64,000 nt of DNA, taken from contig CAVJFW010000001.1 of the NCBI GenBank assembly GCA_963648975.1, positions 4,199 to 68,198 of the forward strand, in the 5' to 3' direction. A model generated the notes under the pieces. It saw only the letters and a list, made by a program, of their open reading frames with translations, searched no databases and was not told where the DNA came from. Both the position numbers and the translations under genes were made by a program. This document shows, piece after piece, positions 36,403 to 46,875 of the stretch. This stretch comes from a bacterium. GTDB taxonomy: Bacteria > Bacillota_I > Bacilli_A > RFN20 > CAG-288. Within the stretch, counting starts at the first letter, position 1; every line of letters begins with the position of its first letter.

Positions 36403-37824
36403 TTAGAAAGGCTTCTTTCCGCTTCTCAGATATTCGCTGATGTCATAGATGGCATGGGCATAGATCTGCATATTGTCGTAGAAGTCGGAAAGAGGGAAGA
36501 ATTCGTCATCGCCGTGCATACGATAATCCCTGTTGGGGAACTGGGCACCGAAGGCCACGGAATTTTTGCTTTCACGGGCATAGGTTCCTCCGCCGATGGC
36601 AAGAGGTGTGGATTCAAGATCACCGGTTTCCTTCTGGTAGGCATTGAGAAGAATCTTGACGAAGTCAGACTTTGGATCAGCGACAAATCCATCGCTTCCA
36701 CCTAGGAGAGTCACTTCGGCATGTGTTTTCTCGCTGACGTTGTCGATGACTTTCTTGACATCCATGTCACTTGGGAAACGGACATTGACGGCGATGGTCA
36801 GTTTGTTCTGATCATAGCTGATTCTTCCGACATTGTAGGAAGTCTCAGTGAAGAATTCGTTTTTGAAGTTGCCGTTGAATGTTTCGCCGACACCATCATG
36901 ATAGGCAAAGAAGACATCCTGGAATATCTTGCTGTTGAAGACTTTTCCAAGGAAATGGAGCATGTAGAGACCGGCATTGACACCATTCCATGGCATGGAA
37001 CCATGATATGGCTTTCCGAAGAACTTCAATGTCTTTCCATCAAAGCTTGCCTTGACGTTCTTATGTCTTTCAAGATAGGAGGGAAGCTCTTTTTCTATGT
37101 CGTCCTGATGGAGAGAGACTTCACAGCTTGCCTCGGCAGGAACGATGTTCAGTGCGGAGCCCAAGCTGAAATTACTGATGCCTAAGACGGTGACAGGATA
37201 GCTTGCCTCATAGGCATAGATGGATTTTTCTCCGTAAATCAGAGGATAATCCGCATCCGGAGAGATGCCGAGAGTCGGATATTCCTTCTTCATTTCCTCG
37301 AAATAATGCTTGAGGCAGAGGGAATCGTTCTCTTCGTTTCCACCGAAGAGGAATCTCATCTTATATCCACCTAACATGTTGTTGTCCATCAGTGCCTTGA
37401 CGGCATAAAGACAGGCAAGGGCAGGGCCTTTGTCATCGGATGTTCCTCTTCCATAGAGAATGTTGCCATCCACCACCCTGATTTTGAATGGATCACCGGT
37501 CCAGTTTTCCTTCTTGACGGGAACGACGTCACAATGACCATAGATGTCGAAGATCTTCTTGCCTTCGCCATAGGTCAGCTCCGTGACATAATTGTCGCAA
37601 CGGTCTACCTTGAAGCCTAACTTCTTTCCTAACTTTGCGACATATTCCAAAGCCTCGTCGACGCCTTTGCCGAAAGGCATATCCTTGGACTGCGTCTTTG
37701 GATCAAGGACGGAGTCGATGGAAACAAGTTCCTTAAGGCTCTGAAGTGCCTCTTCCTTGTATGGTTCGACGAGCTTCTTCCATTCTGTGTCGTTCATATG
37801 AACCGGCATTGCGTTTTCTTTCAT
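36403..37824 (-). CDS. M20-family dipeptidase (PepV/Sapep-like)
   Basis: M20 metal-binding motifs (HCDVVP; GRGTSDDKG) and length typical of PepV. Confidence 0.8.
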   Translation of the reverse strand: MKENAMPVHMNDTEWKKLVEPYKEEALQSLKELVSIDSVLDPKTQSKDMPFGKGVDEALEYVAKLGKKLGFKVDRCDNYVTELTYGEGKKIFDIYGHCDVVPVKKENWTGDPFKIRVVDGNILYGRGTSDDKGPALACLYAVKALMDNNMLGGYKMRFLFGGNEENDSLCLKHYFEEMKKEYPTLGISPDADYPLIYGEKSIYAYEASYPVTVLGISNFSLGSALNIVPAEASCEVSLHQDDIEKELPSYLERHKNVKASFDGKTLKFFGKPYHGSMPWNGVNAGLYMLHFLGKVFNSKIFQDVFFAYHDGVGETFNGNFKNEFFTETSYNVGRISYDQNKLTIAVNVRFPSDMDVKKVIDNVSEKTHAEVTLLGGSDGFVADPKSDFVKILLNAYQKETGDLESTPLAIGGGTYARESKNSVAFGAQFPNRDYRMHGDDEFFPLSDFYDNMQIYAHAIYDISEYLRSGKKPF

Positions 37825-37839
37825 TTCTGTTTTCCTTTC

Positions 37840-38601
37840 TTAATCGTCCTTGTCTTTCAGAATCCTTGCGATACCCTTCAGACATAACTGTGGATCGTAT
37901 GTGAATGAAGGAAGATAATGTTCCCTCAGTTGTTTTTCTATCAATGTGCAGCAACCACCTGTCAGATAGATGTGGTACGGCTTTGACTGTGGATTCTCTT
38001 CCATGATCCTTTTGACCAAACCACCGACAAGTGCGGCCATGCCATTTATGGCACCGGAGGAGATGCATTCCCCTGTCTTCAGGGAGACAAGAGGAGGATT
38101 CTCCTGAAGTGCGGATGCGCTAAGCATGTCAGTGGACATATCCATCATGCTGGTAAACTGTTCCACATCCGGGAAAATTGCAGCACCATGGAACACTTTG
38201 TTTTCATCAACGAAGATAATCTTCCCGACAGTGCCTAGGTCGATGACGATGGAAGGCTCTTCCTCGGCACCGATGAAATCACAGAAAAGATCGGTTCCAA
38301 GATAGCTTGTGTTGTCAACCTTATAGTTGTGTTGGCTGCAGAAGTTATCCATGACATAGGAAGAAATCTTCTCATGGCGTATTTTGTATCTGTCCAGGCA
38401 TTCGGCGATGTCGACAAGACCTTTGTGATTGACACTGGAAATCATGGCAAAATCTACCTCATCCTTTATGGATGAAATATATTTGTCCAATTCTGCCGTC
38501 TTGGAAAGAAGCATTTTCTTCGTCGGATGGATTTCTCCATCGTAGAGAGCTAAATCAAATGCGGTATTGCCGATGTCGGCCAAAAGATATGTCTTGTTCA
38601 T
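37840..38601 (-). CDS. coaX: Type III pantothenate kinase
   Basis: LLADIGNT N-terminal phosphate-binding motif and ASKHA fold signatures (LVVDLGT-like IDLGTVGKI). Start placed at MNKTYLL. Confidence 0.75.
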   Translation of the reverse strand: MNKTYLLADIGNTAFDLALYDGEIHPTKKMLLSKTAELDKYISSIKDEVDFAMISSVNHKGLVDIAECLDRYKIRHEKISSYVMDNFCSQHNYKVDNTSYLGTDLFCDFIGAEEEPSIVIDLGTVGKIIFVDENKVFHGAAIFPDVEQFTSMMDMSTDMLSASALQENPPLVSLKTGECISSGAINGMAALVGGLVKRIMEENPQSKPYHIYLTGGCCTLIEKQLREHYLPSFTYDPQLCLKGIARILKDKDD

Positions 38602-38680
38602 GATGACATCATTATATCGATTACTTCTTTTCATTACAAATGATACATATTCGAAAATGGGATGTCTTCATGTGTTCAGG

Positions 38681-40696
38681 CTAAACTTTCACCGTATATG
38701 TCCCTTTTAGGTCGGTCCTGACATACGGAATACCTAAATCCGACAATGTCTTTAAGGTTTCCTTATGAGGGTGTTTATAGGAATTGTTGGTTCCACAGGA
38801 AATGATGGCCAGGGACGGACTGACCTTGGAAAGAAAGTCCTTCGATGAGGATGTGTTTGAGCCATGATGTCCGACTTTGATGACATCACAGGACAAATCA
38901 GGTTCGGCTGCGATGATTTTTTCTTCTATTTCCTTTGGTGCGTCTCCCATGATGAGAAATGTCTTTTTTCCTAAGGTGAACTGATAGACTCCGGAAGCAT
39001 AGTTGTTGTCATCCTTGTTTTCATCTGAGAACGTGTTGTGGTCGATGATGTCAAGCCCGTAAAAGGAGTATGTGTTCTTATCCATGGAAAGAAAGTCTTC
39101 GTGATAGTAGGTGTTTCGAACATCGAAGTTCTTCACAAGGGTTTCCAAGGCCCCATTGTGGTCATAGTCGGTGTGGGTGATGATGACCATGTCGAGATAT
39201 CTTATCTTCCTTTTTTCGAAATAGGGAATGAGGCAGTCCTTGGCGATGTCGGTTTTGATGTTTCCACCTGTGTCAATCAGAAAATTGTGGTTTTTGTATC
39301 TCACCAAGGTACAGTCCCCCTGCCCGACATCGATGAAGGTGACTTCCTGATGATAGGTGAAGTCCGGCATGAAGGATGTCGAAAATGTCAAAATGGTGCA
39401 TAGCTGGCATATCTTCATCTCCCTCGTGAAATGATATGTCCTGAAGAGATAGGACAGGAACAGGAAAGAATAGAAGAAAACGAGAAACAGGATTGTCGGA
39501 ATGCCTGTGTTGACACAAAATGGAACATCACCGATGTAATTGAGGGCTTTGAGAAGCCCGCCAGTGATCATCGAAAGAAGAACACCGACCTGCGGAATGA
39601 GGAAAAGAAGCATGGACAGAAGGAAAAGTCCATGACTGATGGGGATGAACACTATGTTCAGCAGCGGTGTGAGAAAATGAAAATTCGGCGTCTGAAACAT
39701 CCTGAAGGGAAGATAGAAAAGGAAGATGGATAGGGTGAAGACAATCTTCTTTTCCTTTTTCCTGCCTTGAAAAAGTGCCCTGACGAAAAGAAGTGGAAAC
39801 GGATAATAGAATGCCCCACTGAGAAGTGCATATGGTTCAAAAAGCAATAGGATGATGGCGACTACGGAGATTCTGTCCAGATAGGAAACTGGGAGCTTCT
39901 TCCTCTCTGCCGTCAATCTGATGATTTCCATCAGCAGGATTCTTCTGATGGAGAAACGGAAATTGGACAGGAAAAGGAAGAATAGCAGGATAGCTATCTT
40001 GAACAAGGGAAAATATCTCTTCTGCTTTTCCTTCAGAAATGATTCGATCATATGAAAGAAGAAGGAGAGATGGAAACCGGAAAGGGAGAGGGCGGATAAA
40101 ATCCCCAGCTGATTGAGCGTCCTGCTCTCGGTGATGGAATATAGTGAATCCCCACATAACAGCGCGGATATGAAGACTTTGGTCTTTTCATCCATGTATT
40201 GGAATATGTAATTCTTCAGTCCATCCGGGGATATGGGGTTATCAAACAATGTTTCACTTTTTGTGGCCTTGAATTCGTAAAACACCCCTTTTGATTTCAG
40301 ATAGTCCTTGAAATTGAATACCGATTCATAGTGGGTGAATGCCAACTCCTTTGAATATCCCTGGATTTTCATCACACTGAAAAGGCTTGGTGAATCACTT
40401 TTCACGGACACATAGTATTTTCCTTTCAAAGTCAGCAAAAGATAATATGTATCTTTCCGGTAAACCACGATTCCTTCAAGCGAGGTCATATCCGCATTTC
40501 CCTTGGGCAAAAGAAGACATAATAGGTAGCCAACCCCTGTGAAAAGAAGAAACAGGCAGGATTTCTTTTCTTTTTTATGGAAAAAGAGAAAAAGAAACAT
40601 GGGTATGGACAAAAGAAGGAGAAACGGAGAAAGAATATATCCCATCACTCCGACAAGAAAGAAAAGAAAAGAGAAGAATATGACTAGGCGATGCAA
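38681..40696 (-). CDS. comEC: DNA internalization-related competence protein ComEC/Rec2
   Basis: Multi-TM ComEC domain followed by a metallo-beta-lactamase domain (HTDYDHNGAL; GDAPKEIE; HHGS). Overlaps comEA. Confidence 0.8.
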   Translation of the reverse strand: MHRLVIFFSFLFFLVGVMGYILSPFLLLLSIPMFLFLFFHKKEKKSCLFLLFTGVGYLLCLLLPKGNADMTSLEGIVVYRKDTYYLLLTLKGKYYVSVKSDSPSLFSVMKIQGYSKELAFTHYESVFNFKDYLKSKGVFYEFKATKSETLFDNPISPDGLKNYIFQYMDEKTKVFISALLCGDSLYSITESRTLNQLGILSALSLSGFHLSFFFHMIESFLKEKQKRYFPLFKIAILLFFLFLSNFRFSIRRILLMEIIRLTAERKKLPVSYLDRISVVAIILLLFEPYALLSGAFYYPFPLLFVRALFQGRKKEKKIVFTLSIFLFYLPFRMFQTPNFHFLTPLLNIVFIPISHGLFLLSMLLFLIPQVGVLLSMITGGLLKALNYIGDVPFCVNTGIPTILFLVFFYSFLFLSYLFRTYHFTREMKICQLCTILTFSTSFMPDFTYHQEVTFIDVGQGDCTLVRYKNHNFLIDTGGNIKTDIAKDCLIPYFEKRKIRYLDMVIITHTDYDHNGALETLVKNFDVRNTYYHEDFLSMDKNTYSFYGLDIIDHNTFSDENKDDNNYASGVYQFTLGKKTFLIMGDAPKEIEEKIIAAEPDLSCDVIKVGHHGSNTSSSKDFLSKVSPSLAIISCGTNNSYKHPHKETLKTLSDLGIPYVRTDLKGTYTVKV

Positions 40697-41238
40697 ATCT
40701 TGTTCTTGACCTTGTTGAAGGTGCTGGCTCCGATTCCGGAAACGTTGAGGATGTCCTCGATGGCTCCGAAGGCTCCGTTTTCATTTCTGTAGGTGATGAG
40801 GGATGATGCCTGGGTCGTCTTCAGTCCGACGCTTACAAGCTCGTCCTGGGTTGCCGTGTTGATGTTCGTCTTCTGACTGTCGGTATCGACACAGACGCCG
40901 CTTTCGACAAGAAGCGGAGCGATATAGAAGGATGTCCTGGTGTTGATGACAAGGGAAGTGTTGTATGCGCTTGGGTCTGCGCTTGTGGTGACTCCGCCAG
41001 CCAGGGTTATCAAGTCTCCCAATGTCTCTTCCGGTGAGATGTAATAGGATCCCGGATGGTTGATTTCACCGGAGATGGCGACACTCACCGTGTTGGAATC
41101 CGTGCTGGATGAGACTTTCGTCTGATATCCGTTTACGCTGTTGCTCGACGAATTTCCGGATACCACCTTGTTTACTGCTGCCAAAGAAAAAAGACCGACT
41201 ACCGTAACGACAATGCCAATGATGATTGTTTTTAGCAT
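40684..41238 (-). CDS. comEA: Competence protein ComEA (membrane-anchored helix-hairpin-helix DNA-binding protein)
   Basis: N-terminal TM anchor, SLBB-like region (ISGEINHPGSYYI) and C-terminal HhH motifs (INTATQDELVSVGL...ILNVSGIGASTFNKV). Confidence 0.8.
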   Translation of the reverse strand: MLKTIIIGIVVTVVGLFSLAAVNKVVSGNSSSNSVNGYQTKVSSSTDSNTVSVAISGEINHPGSYYISPEETLGDLITLAGGVTTSADPSAYNTSLVINTRTSFYIAPLLVESGVCVDTDSQKTNINTATQDELVSVGLKTTQASSLITYRNENGAFGAIEDILNVSGIGASTFNKVKNKICIA

Positions 41239-41311
41239 TATTATGTCCTCCTACTTATTTATTTACCTGTAGGAAGGAAAATTACGATATTCGGTCTAAC
41301 TTTTTTTGTTT

Positions 41312-41794
41312 TTAGTCGAGATTGATGGAATCGATTCTCAGATCGTATGGGTTCTTGGTTGGAATCGTGACGGTGTCACCGACCTTCTTTCCCAGAATGG
41401 CCTGGGCGACAGGACAGGTGTTGGAAATCTTTCCGTTGACTGGGTCAGCCTCGGTGGAACCGACGATGGAGAACGTGTAGTTCTTGTTGGTGCTGAGGTT
41501 TGTGACGGTGATGACGCCGCTTCCCATACGGACGATGTCCTTGTTGGAACCGGTGCTGTTTTCCTCGATGATGACATGATGATCAAGAATGTTCTGGATG
41601 CGGGCGATTTCGGCTTTGATGGCCTCGGTCTTTTCTCTGGCGGCATCATAGTCGCTGTTTTCGGACAAGTCACCCTGTGATCTGGCGAAATTGAGTTCTT
41701 CGAAAGCCTTTGGCTGTTCGACTTCGACTAAATTCTTAAGCTTCTGCTCCAGTTCTTCCTTACCTTTTTTGGTCAAGACATTATTATCTGCCAT
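41312..41794 (-). CDS. greA: Transcription elongation factor GreA
   Basis: GreA N-terminal coiled coil (LTKKGKEELEQKLKNL) and C-terminal FKBP-like domain (DSINLD...). Confidence 0.9.
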   Translation of the reverse strand: MADNNVLTKKGKEELEQKLKNLVEVEQPKAFEELNFARSQGDLSENSDYDAAREKTEAIKAEIARIQNILDHHVIIEENSTGSNKDIVRMGSGVITVTNLSTNKNYTFSIVGSTEADPVNGKISNTCPVAQAILGKKVGDTVTIPTKNPYDLRIDSINLD

Positions 41795-42012
41795 ATGTTC
41801 AATCTCCTTGCTTACTTCTCGATGTTTATCGCAACGGTAATTATAGCATAAATGTTTTCATATTTATTCCAAGTTTCATATTAGTTTCGTCATTTTTCTG
41901 AATTTCGTGACAAATGACCCCGTTACAGGCATGGTTTTGGATGTTGAATTTGTATTGATGAAACGGAAAATACTATAATATTGTCAAATATTTACGAAAG
42001 GATTACCTACCA

Positions 42013-43647
42013 ATGAGCACAACGCATGTTTTGAAAGGCACATCTTTGGCTTCCCTTCTTGATAATCCGGATGAAAAGGAAGTGTTCTGTGCCAAAGTCG
42101 ACGGAAAAATTCATGACCTTGAATACTGTTTTGATGTGGAAGGAGACCATGAAATCGAATTTCTGACCCTGTCAAGCGAGGATGCCTCGAAGATATATAA
42201 CGCCAGCATCCGTTATCTTCTCATGATGGCATGCAAGGAACTTGTCCCCGACGTTCAGTTCAAGATGTTCTATAACATTTCCAGGACCATGTTTGCCAAA
42301 CCTGTCGGTGGAAAATACTTCTCTGTCACGCCATCCTTTGTTCAAAAACTGAATGCCAAGGCTGAGGAACTGGTAAGGAAGGATATTCCGTTATGCAAGA
42401 AGAAGCTGACGAAGGAAGAGGCAGTCAGGATATACAAGGAACTTGACATGAAGGACAAGATTCAGGTCCTGAAATATCGCAGTGAACCTGAGGCCCATGT
42501 CTATGAGGCCAAGGATGGTGACTTCACCTATTGTGACTATCTTTATTCCTATCTGGTCCCATCGACTGGATATCTGAGAAAGTTCAGAATCACCTATTAT
42601 GAACCAGGCTTCCTTGTTCATGTCCCAAGAAGCGAATGCCATGGTGAAATACCTACGTTTGTCGATGAAAAGAAGTTTGCCCAGTCTTTGAGCAGAAACT
42701 ATCTTTGGGAAGAGAAGAACCATCTGGATACCGTCTATTCCATCAATCGTTTCCTGAAGAAATATTCGGCAATGGAACTTATCAATCTCTGTGAAACAAG
42801 GATGAATGACACGCTCTCCAATCTTGGAAACGAAATCGTCTCGGCTGAGACACCGATCCGACTCATCTGCATCGCCGGTCCTTCCTCTTCCGGAAAGACG
42901 AGTTTTTCCAATCGCCTTGTATTCGAACTGATGTCGAAGTTCCTCCGTCCGGTGAGAATTTCCATGGATGACTATTTCCTTCCTTTTGATCAGCTCAAAC
43001 CAGGCACTTCCATCGAGAGCATCGAGGCCCTGGACATTGAACTTTTCAACAGACAGATGGATGAACTGATCCGTGGAGAAAAAGTCACTTTGCCGATGTA
43101 TGATTTCAGGACACATACAAGAAAGAACGGCAAGACGCTGACACTTATGGAAAACCAGCCTCTTATCGTTGAAGGCATACACGCTCTGAATTCCCTGACC
43201 TGTGCAAATATTCCGAGTTCAAGAAAATACAAGATCTATATTTCCCCGCAGCCCCAGATCAACATCGACAACCATACTCCGATATCCATGACGGACATCA
43301 GGCTTCTCAGACGTATTGCCCGTGATGCAAGAACAAGGGGGACTGATGCCATAAGGACGATTCAGATGTGGCCGGATGTCAGATACGGAGAATTCCATTA
43401 CATCTATCCGACACAGGAAAATGCTGATTTCGTATTTGATACCTTCATGCCTTATGAGCTCTGTGCAATAAGAAAAATCGTCATGCCGTTGCTTGCCCAG
43501 ATTCCTTCCAACAGGGAAGAATACATGGTTGCCTCCAGATTGAAGGGAATAATCAAATATTTCGTTCCGATAGGTATCGAGGATATCCCCTGCAACTCCA
43601 TAATCAGGGAATTTGTCGGAGGTTCATCCTTCAAGGATGCAAGATAG
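42013..43647 (+). CDS. Uridine/cytidine-kinase-like P-loop nucleoside kinase fused to an N-terminal ThrRS-type TGS domain
   Basis: P-loop IAGPSSSGKTSFSNRL plus uridine kinase family motifs, in the C-terminal half. The N-terminal ~250 aa is TGS/ThrRS-N-like. Confidence 0.65.
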   Translation: MSTTHVLKGTSLASLLDNPDEKEVFCAKVDGKIHDLEYCFDVEGDHEIEFLTLSSEDASKIYNASIRYLLMMACKELVPDVQFKMFYNISRTMFAKPVGGKYFSVTPSFVQKLNAKAEELVRKDIPLCKKKLTKEEAVRIYKELDMKDKIQVLKYRSEPEAHVYEAKDGDFTYCDYLYSYLVPSTGYLRKFRITYYEPGFLVHVPRSECHGEIPTFVDEKKFAQSLSRNYLWEEKNHLDTVYSINRFLKKYSAMELINLCETRMNDTLSNLGNEIVSAETPIRLICIAGPSSSGKTSFSNRLVFELMSKFLRPVRISMDDYFLPFDQLKPGTSIESIEALDIELFNRQMDELIRGEKVTLPMYDFRTHTRKNGKTLTLMENQPLIVEGIHALNSLTCANIPSSRKYKIYISPQPQINIDNHTPISMTDIRLLRRIARDARTRGTDAIRTIQMWPDVRYGEFHYIYPTQENADFVFDTFMPYELCAIRKIVMPLLAQIPSNREEYMVASRLKGIIKYFVPIGIEDIPCNSIIREFVGGSSFKDAR

Positions 43648-43651
43648 AAAA

Positions 43652-43690
43652 AAGGCCACCCGCGAAATGCGAATGTGGCCTTTCTTTTTC
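43652..43690. terminator. Bidirectional terminator between the kinase gene and the csp gene
   Basis: AGGCCAC...GTGGCCT hairpin followed by TTTCTTTTT. Confidence 0.6.
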
Positions 43691-43733
43691 CTAGCAATAT
43701 TCAAAAAAGTAGAATAGCTAAGTTCGATGGGAA

Positions 43734-43934
43734 TTAGTCAGCGAACTTGATGTTGTTGGCTCTGAGACCCTTTTCGGTGGAGGCTGCTTCATAATCAACC
43801 TTCTGTCCGACTTCGGCGGTCTTGAAGCCTTCCATCATAAGCTGGCTGTAATGGAAGAAATAATCCTTGCCATCTTCACCAGTGATGAAGCCATAGCCCT
43901 TTTCTTTGTCGAATTTTTTAACTGTACCCTTCAT
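43734..43934 (-). CDS. Cold-shock protein (CspA family)
   Basis: RNP1/RNP2 motifs (KGYGFI; DYFFHYS). 66 aa. Confidence 0.9.
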   Translation of the reverse strand: MKGTVKKFDKEKGYGFITGEDGKDYFFHYSQLMMEGFKTAEVGQKVDYEAASTEKGLRANNIKFAD

Positions 43935-44037
43935 AGTCTAAACCCTTTCTTCGCATTGACGCTTCAATGCTCTTTAGAATATATCATGTTTTTTTTCCAT
44001 TCGTGATAAAAAATTGCCTGTGATTTGATGTAAGCGG

Positions 44038-46875
44038 TTACTGCCGGGAAGCGTCAAATGCATCCTTTACCGAGAAGTTCCTGATTCGTTTTGAAAGCAG
44101 GAAACCGACGCTTCCGCTAAGTATGATGGCGACAAGAAAACTGATGAGGAACGGCCCTATGTCAAAGGTATAGGTGGACAATAGGTCATTTAATGTGTTA
44201 GATAAAATTTTTTCGGCAAAAAGGGATAAAAGCATCGATAACAGGAAACCGACCAAGCCGATGAAAAGAGAGAAGGAAAGATAGAATCTCACGATTTCCT
44301 TCTTGCTGTACCCTAAGGAGAGAAGTATGCCGATTTCCTTTCTGTCCTTGCTGATGATGAGGAAAAGGGAGAGGCCGAGAAGCGATGCTGCCGAAAATAG
44401 GGACAGGATGGAAAAGGAAAGGAAGAGGACGGATAGGCTATTGAGTGTCTTCTTGATTTCCTGAATCATCAGATACATGGGAAAGCTACCTTCGTAATCT
44501 CCGTATTTCCTGATCAGGGATAGATAATAATCCGTGGAATGCTTTTCGATATCCACCTTCATGATGACCTGTTCGATTCTTGTCTCTTCCGGTTTCAGCT
44601 GACCATAGCTGAAGGAATAACATAAAGGGAAAAGGGAATCCTGATAGATGGCATACCTGTCGCTGTCGTAGATTCCTGAGATTTTCAGTTCTCCGGGGGT
44701 GAAATGGTTCTTGTATTTTCCGTTTGCCTTCACTGTCTCATCAAGAGTCAGAGTATATAACGTCTTGTTCAGTGCGTTTGACGAGCTATGAAAAAGCTCT
44801 TCAGCCATCTTTTTTGATATTCCGATTTCATCATGGCTTTTTGGATTTTTTCCATATGATGCCTTTATGCCACTGTTGTTCAGGGTAATGAATGACAGGG
44901 ATGAATCATGGTTCATGCTGCTTAACAGGTCACCTTTTATGACACCGGGTATCTCCTTTATGAGTGAGCCCTGGAAGGAGCCGAGGTTCTTGTCCGAATA
45001 AGCAGAATCATCCTCTATCTGGTTCAGTTTCTCCTTGTATTTGGAAAAGAAGAACGGCTTGGCAAATCCGGAAATGTAGCCGGATGCCGTATAGGTATAG
45101 ACCGGAGAGGAATAGCTGACGGAACTGATGAGATCACTGTTCTTTTCGATGAAGTGGTTGATTTCGCTTAAGTTTATCTTCGGAAGGTAGTCTTTTATGA
45201 TGGCGATGTGATTGTGTGTCTCTTTTTCATCGACCGAGAAATAGTTTTCTTCCTTGACCATCTTCAGGGTATAGCCGTTGTTGGCTTCTTCTTCAAGGAA
45301 TGACTTCAGAAAGGTGGCTTCCCTATAGGGATATAACCTGAAACCATCAAGCTTTTTCAGTGTCCAGGGTTTATCCGGGTTGGATTTTTCCTCTTCCCCT
45401 GTCTGCTCGAAATGCATGATATCCAGGACAAAGTGCTCCGAGAATGTGTCTGATGGACTGACGATGTAATTCTTTTCATCCACGAGGAATCCGACGATCC
45501 GGAAGGAATAGTCATGGAAATATCCCCATTCCGATTTGTTCGCCTGCAATCTCAGTTCCACGATGTTTCCTTTCAGTTGGTTGCCAAGCTTTTCCATTGT
45601 CTTTTCATCGATGGATGAAGCCATGGAATCAAAAAGCATCATGTACAGGGCTTTGATCTGATCTTCCTTCATTGCCAGAATCAGTTCCTCCTCCTCAAGA
45701 TTCTCGTTTTTTCCGTAAATCGTTTTTCCAGGTAGTTCCTCAGGCATCCTGTAGGAGAGGAAATGGTCAAGTGAGAACTTTTCCATGGGCAATGTCTTCT
45801 TGTTGAACTTCAGTTCCAATGCCTGATTGTCGGTGAAGATGGCATCAAGGGAAGAGGTGTAGAAAGTGGAGATGGAAATGATTTCGTCCTTGTGCCTGTT
45901 TTTCATCTTTGCCAGCGTCGCATAATCGACACTGCTGAAGCCGTTGTCAGTGATGGTGGAATCCTTTTTGGATATGACCAGTGAATTCTCGTCCATATAG
46001 GATGACATCGATTTTGCAAGCGCCCTTGATACCGATGAACTGAGCTGAAAGGAGAAAGTGATGGAAAAAAGGGATATCATCAGACTGAAAAGGACAATCA
46101 GGAGAAACTCCTTCTTTGCTTTCAGAAGACTGAGCAGTGGCTTTATAATCACCTTCCCCCTGAATTCCTTTCTTTGATAAGAAAAGGTGGAAGGCACATT
46201 TTCCCTATGCCTTCCTGACTTTATGAGATGAAGATTCCCGTTGACAAGTTCATGGACGAATGAATTGGCTGGGATTTCATCTTTCTCGTGGGTGATGACG
46301 ATGACAAGCCTTCTTCTGCTTTCCTCCTCGAGCATTGCCGTAATGCTTTTTCTCAATGCTGGATTGAGATTGGACAGAGGCTCATCAAGCAAGAGTATCG
46401 GACAGTCCCTTATCAATGCTCTGACTAAGGAGATTCTTTTCTTTTCTCCACCGGAGAGATTCTTGAAGATTGTGCTTTCCTTATCTAGTAGTCCCACCTT
46501 TCTTAGTCCATCCCTGATTCTTTCTTCCTTTTGTCTGGCTGTCAGAGTGGTTATGGACAAGGCTTTCAGAAGATTGTCCCTGACAGTCTCCCAATCTTCA
46601 GCCTGGTATGACTGAAAGGCAAAGCTGACGGTTCTGAATCGATAGTCGTCTTTTTTTCTTTCATCCAATTGCCTTAGCTCCTCGCCGTTGACGATCAAGG
46701 AACCTTCGTATTTCTCATCCATGAGTCCGATGAGGTTCATGAGGGTTGATTTTCCTGCTCCGGATTTTCCGATGAAATAGACGAGTCCCGTGTCCGGCAG
46801 GTCAAACGAGATGTTGCTCAATGTGTTGTTTTTGTTTCCGTCATATTTTTTTGACAGATTTCTTGCTCTTATCAT
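44038..46875 (-). CDS. Fused ABC transporter ATP-binding/permease protein, MacB/FtsX type, with a ~520-aa extracytoplasmic domain
   Basis: N-terminal ABC ATPase (GKSGAGKST; LSGGEKKRISLVRAL; ILLLDEP; ITHE), one TM, a large hydrophilic domain, then three C-terminal TM helices of FtsX type. Confidence 0.75.
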   Translation of the reverse strand: MIRARNLSKKYDGNKNNTLSNISFDLPDTGLVYFIGKSGAGKSTLMNLIGLMDEKYEGSLIVNGEELRQLDERKKDDYRFRTVSFAFQSYQAEDWETVRDNLLKALSITTLTARQKEERIRDGLRKVGLLDKESTIFKNLSGGEKKRISLVRALIRDCPILLLDEPLSNLNPALRKSITAMLEEESRRRLVIVITHEKDEIPANSFVHELVNGNLHLIKSGRHRENVPSTFSYQRKEFRGKVIIKPLLSLLKAKKEFLLIVLFSLMISLFSITFSFQLSSSVSRALAKSMSSYMDENSLVISKKDSTITDNGFSSVDYATLAKMKNRHKDEIISISTFYTSSLDAIFTDNQALELKFNKKTLPMEKFSLDHFLSYRMPEELPGKTIYGKNENLEEEELILAMKEDQIKALYMMLFDSMASSIDEKTMEKLGNQLKGNIVELRLQANKSEWGYFHDYSFRIVGFLVDEKNYIVSPSDTFSEHFVLDIMHFEQTGEEEKSNPDKPWTLKKLDGFRLYPYREATFLKSFLEEEANNGYTLKMVKEENYFSVDEKETHNHIAIIKDYLPKINLSEINHFIEKNSDLISSVSYSSPVYTYTASGYISGFAKPFFFSKYKEKLNQIEDDSAYSDKNLGSFQGSLIKEIPGVIKGDLLSSMNHDSSLSFITLNNSGIKASYGKNPKSHDEIGISKKMAEELFHSSSNALNKTLYTLTLDETVKANGKYKNHFTPGELKISGIYDSDRYAIYQDSLFPLCYSFSYGQLKPEETRIEQVIMKVDIEKHSTDYYLSLIRKYGDYEGSFPMYLMIQEIKKTLNSLSVLFLSFSILSLFSAASLLGLSLFLIISKDRKEIGILLSLGYSKKEIVRFYLSFSLFIGLVGFLLSMLLSLFAEKILSNTLNDLLSTYTFDIGPFLISFLVAIILSGSVGFLLSKRIRNFSVKDAFDASRQ

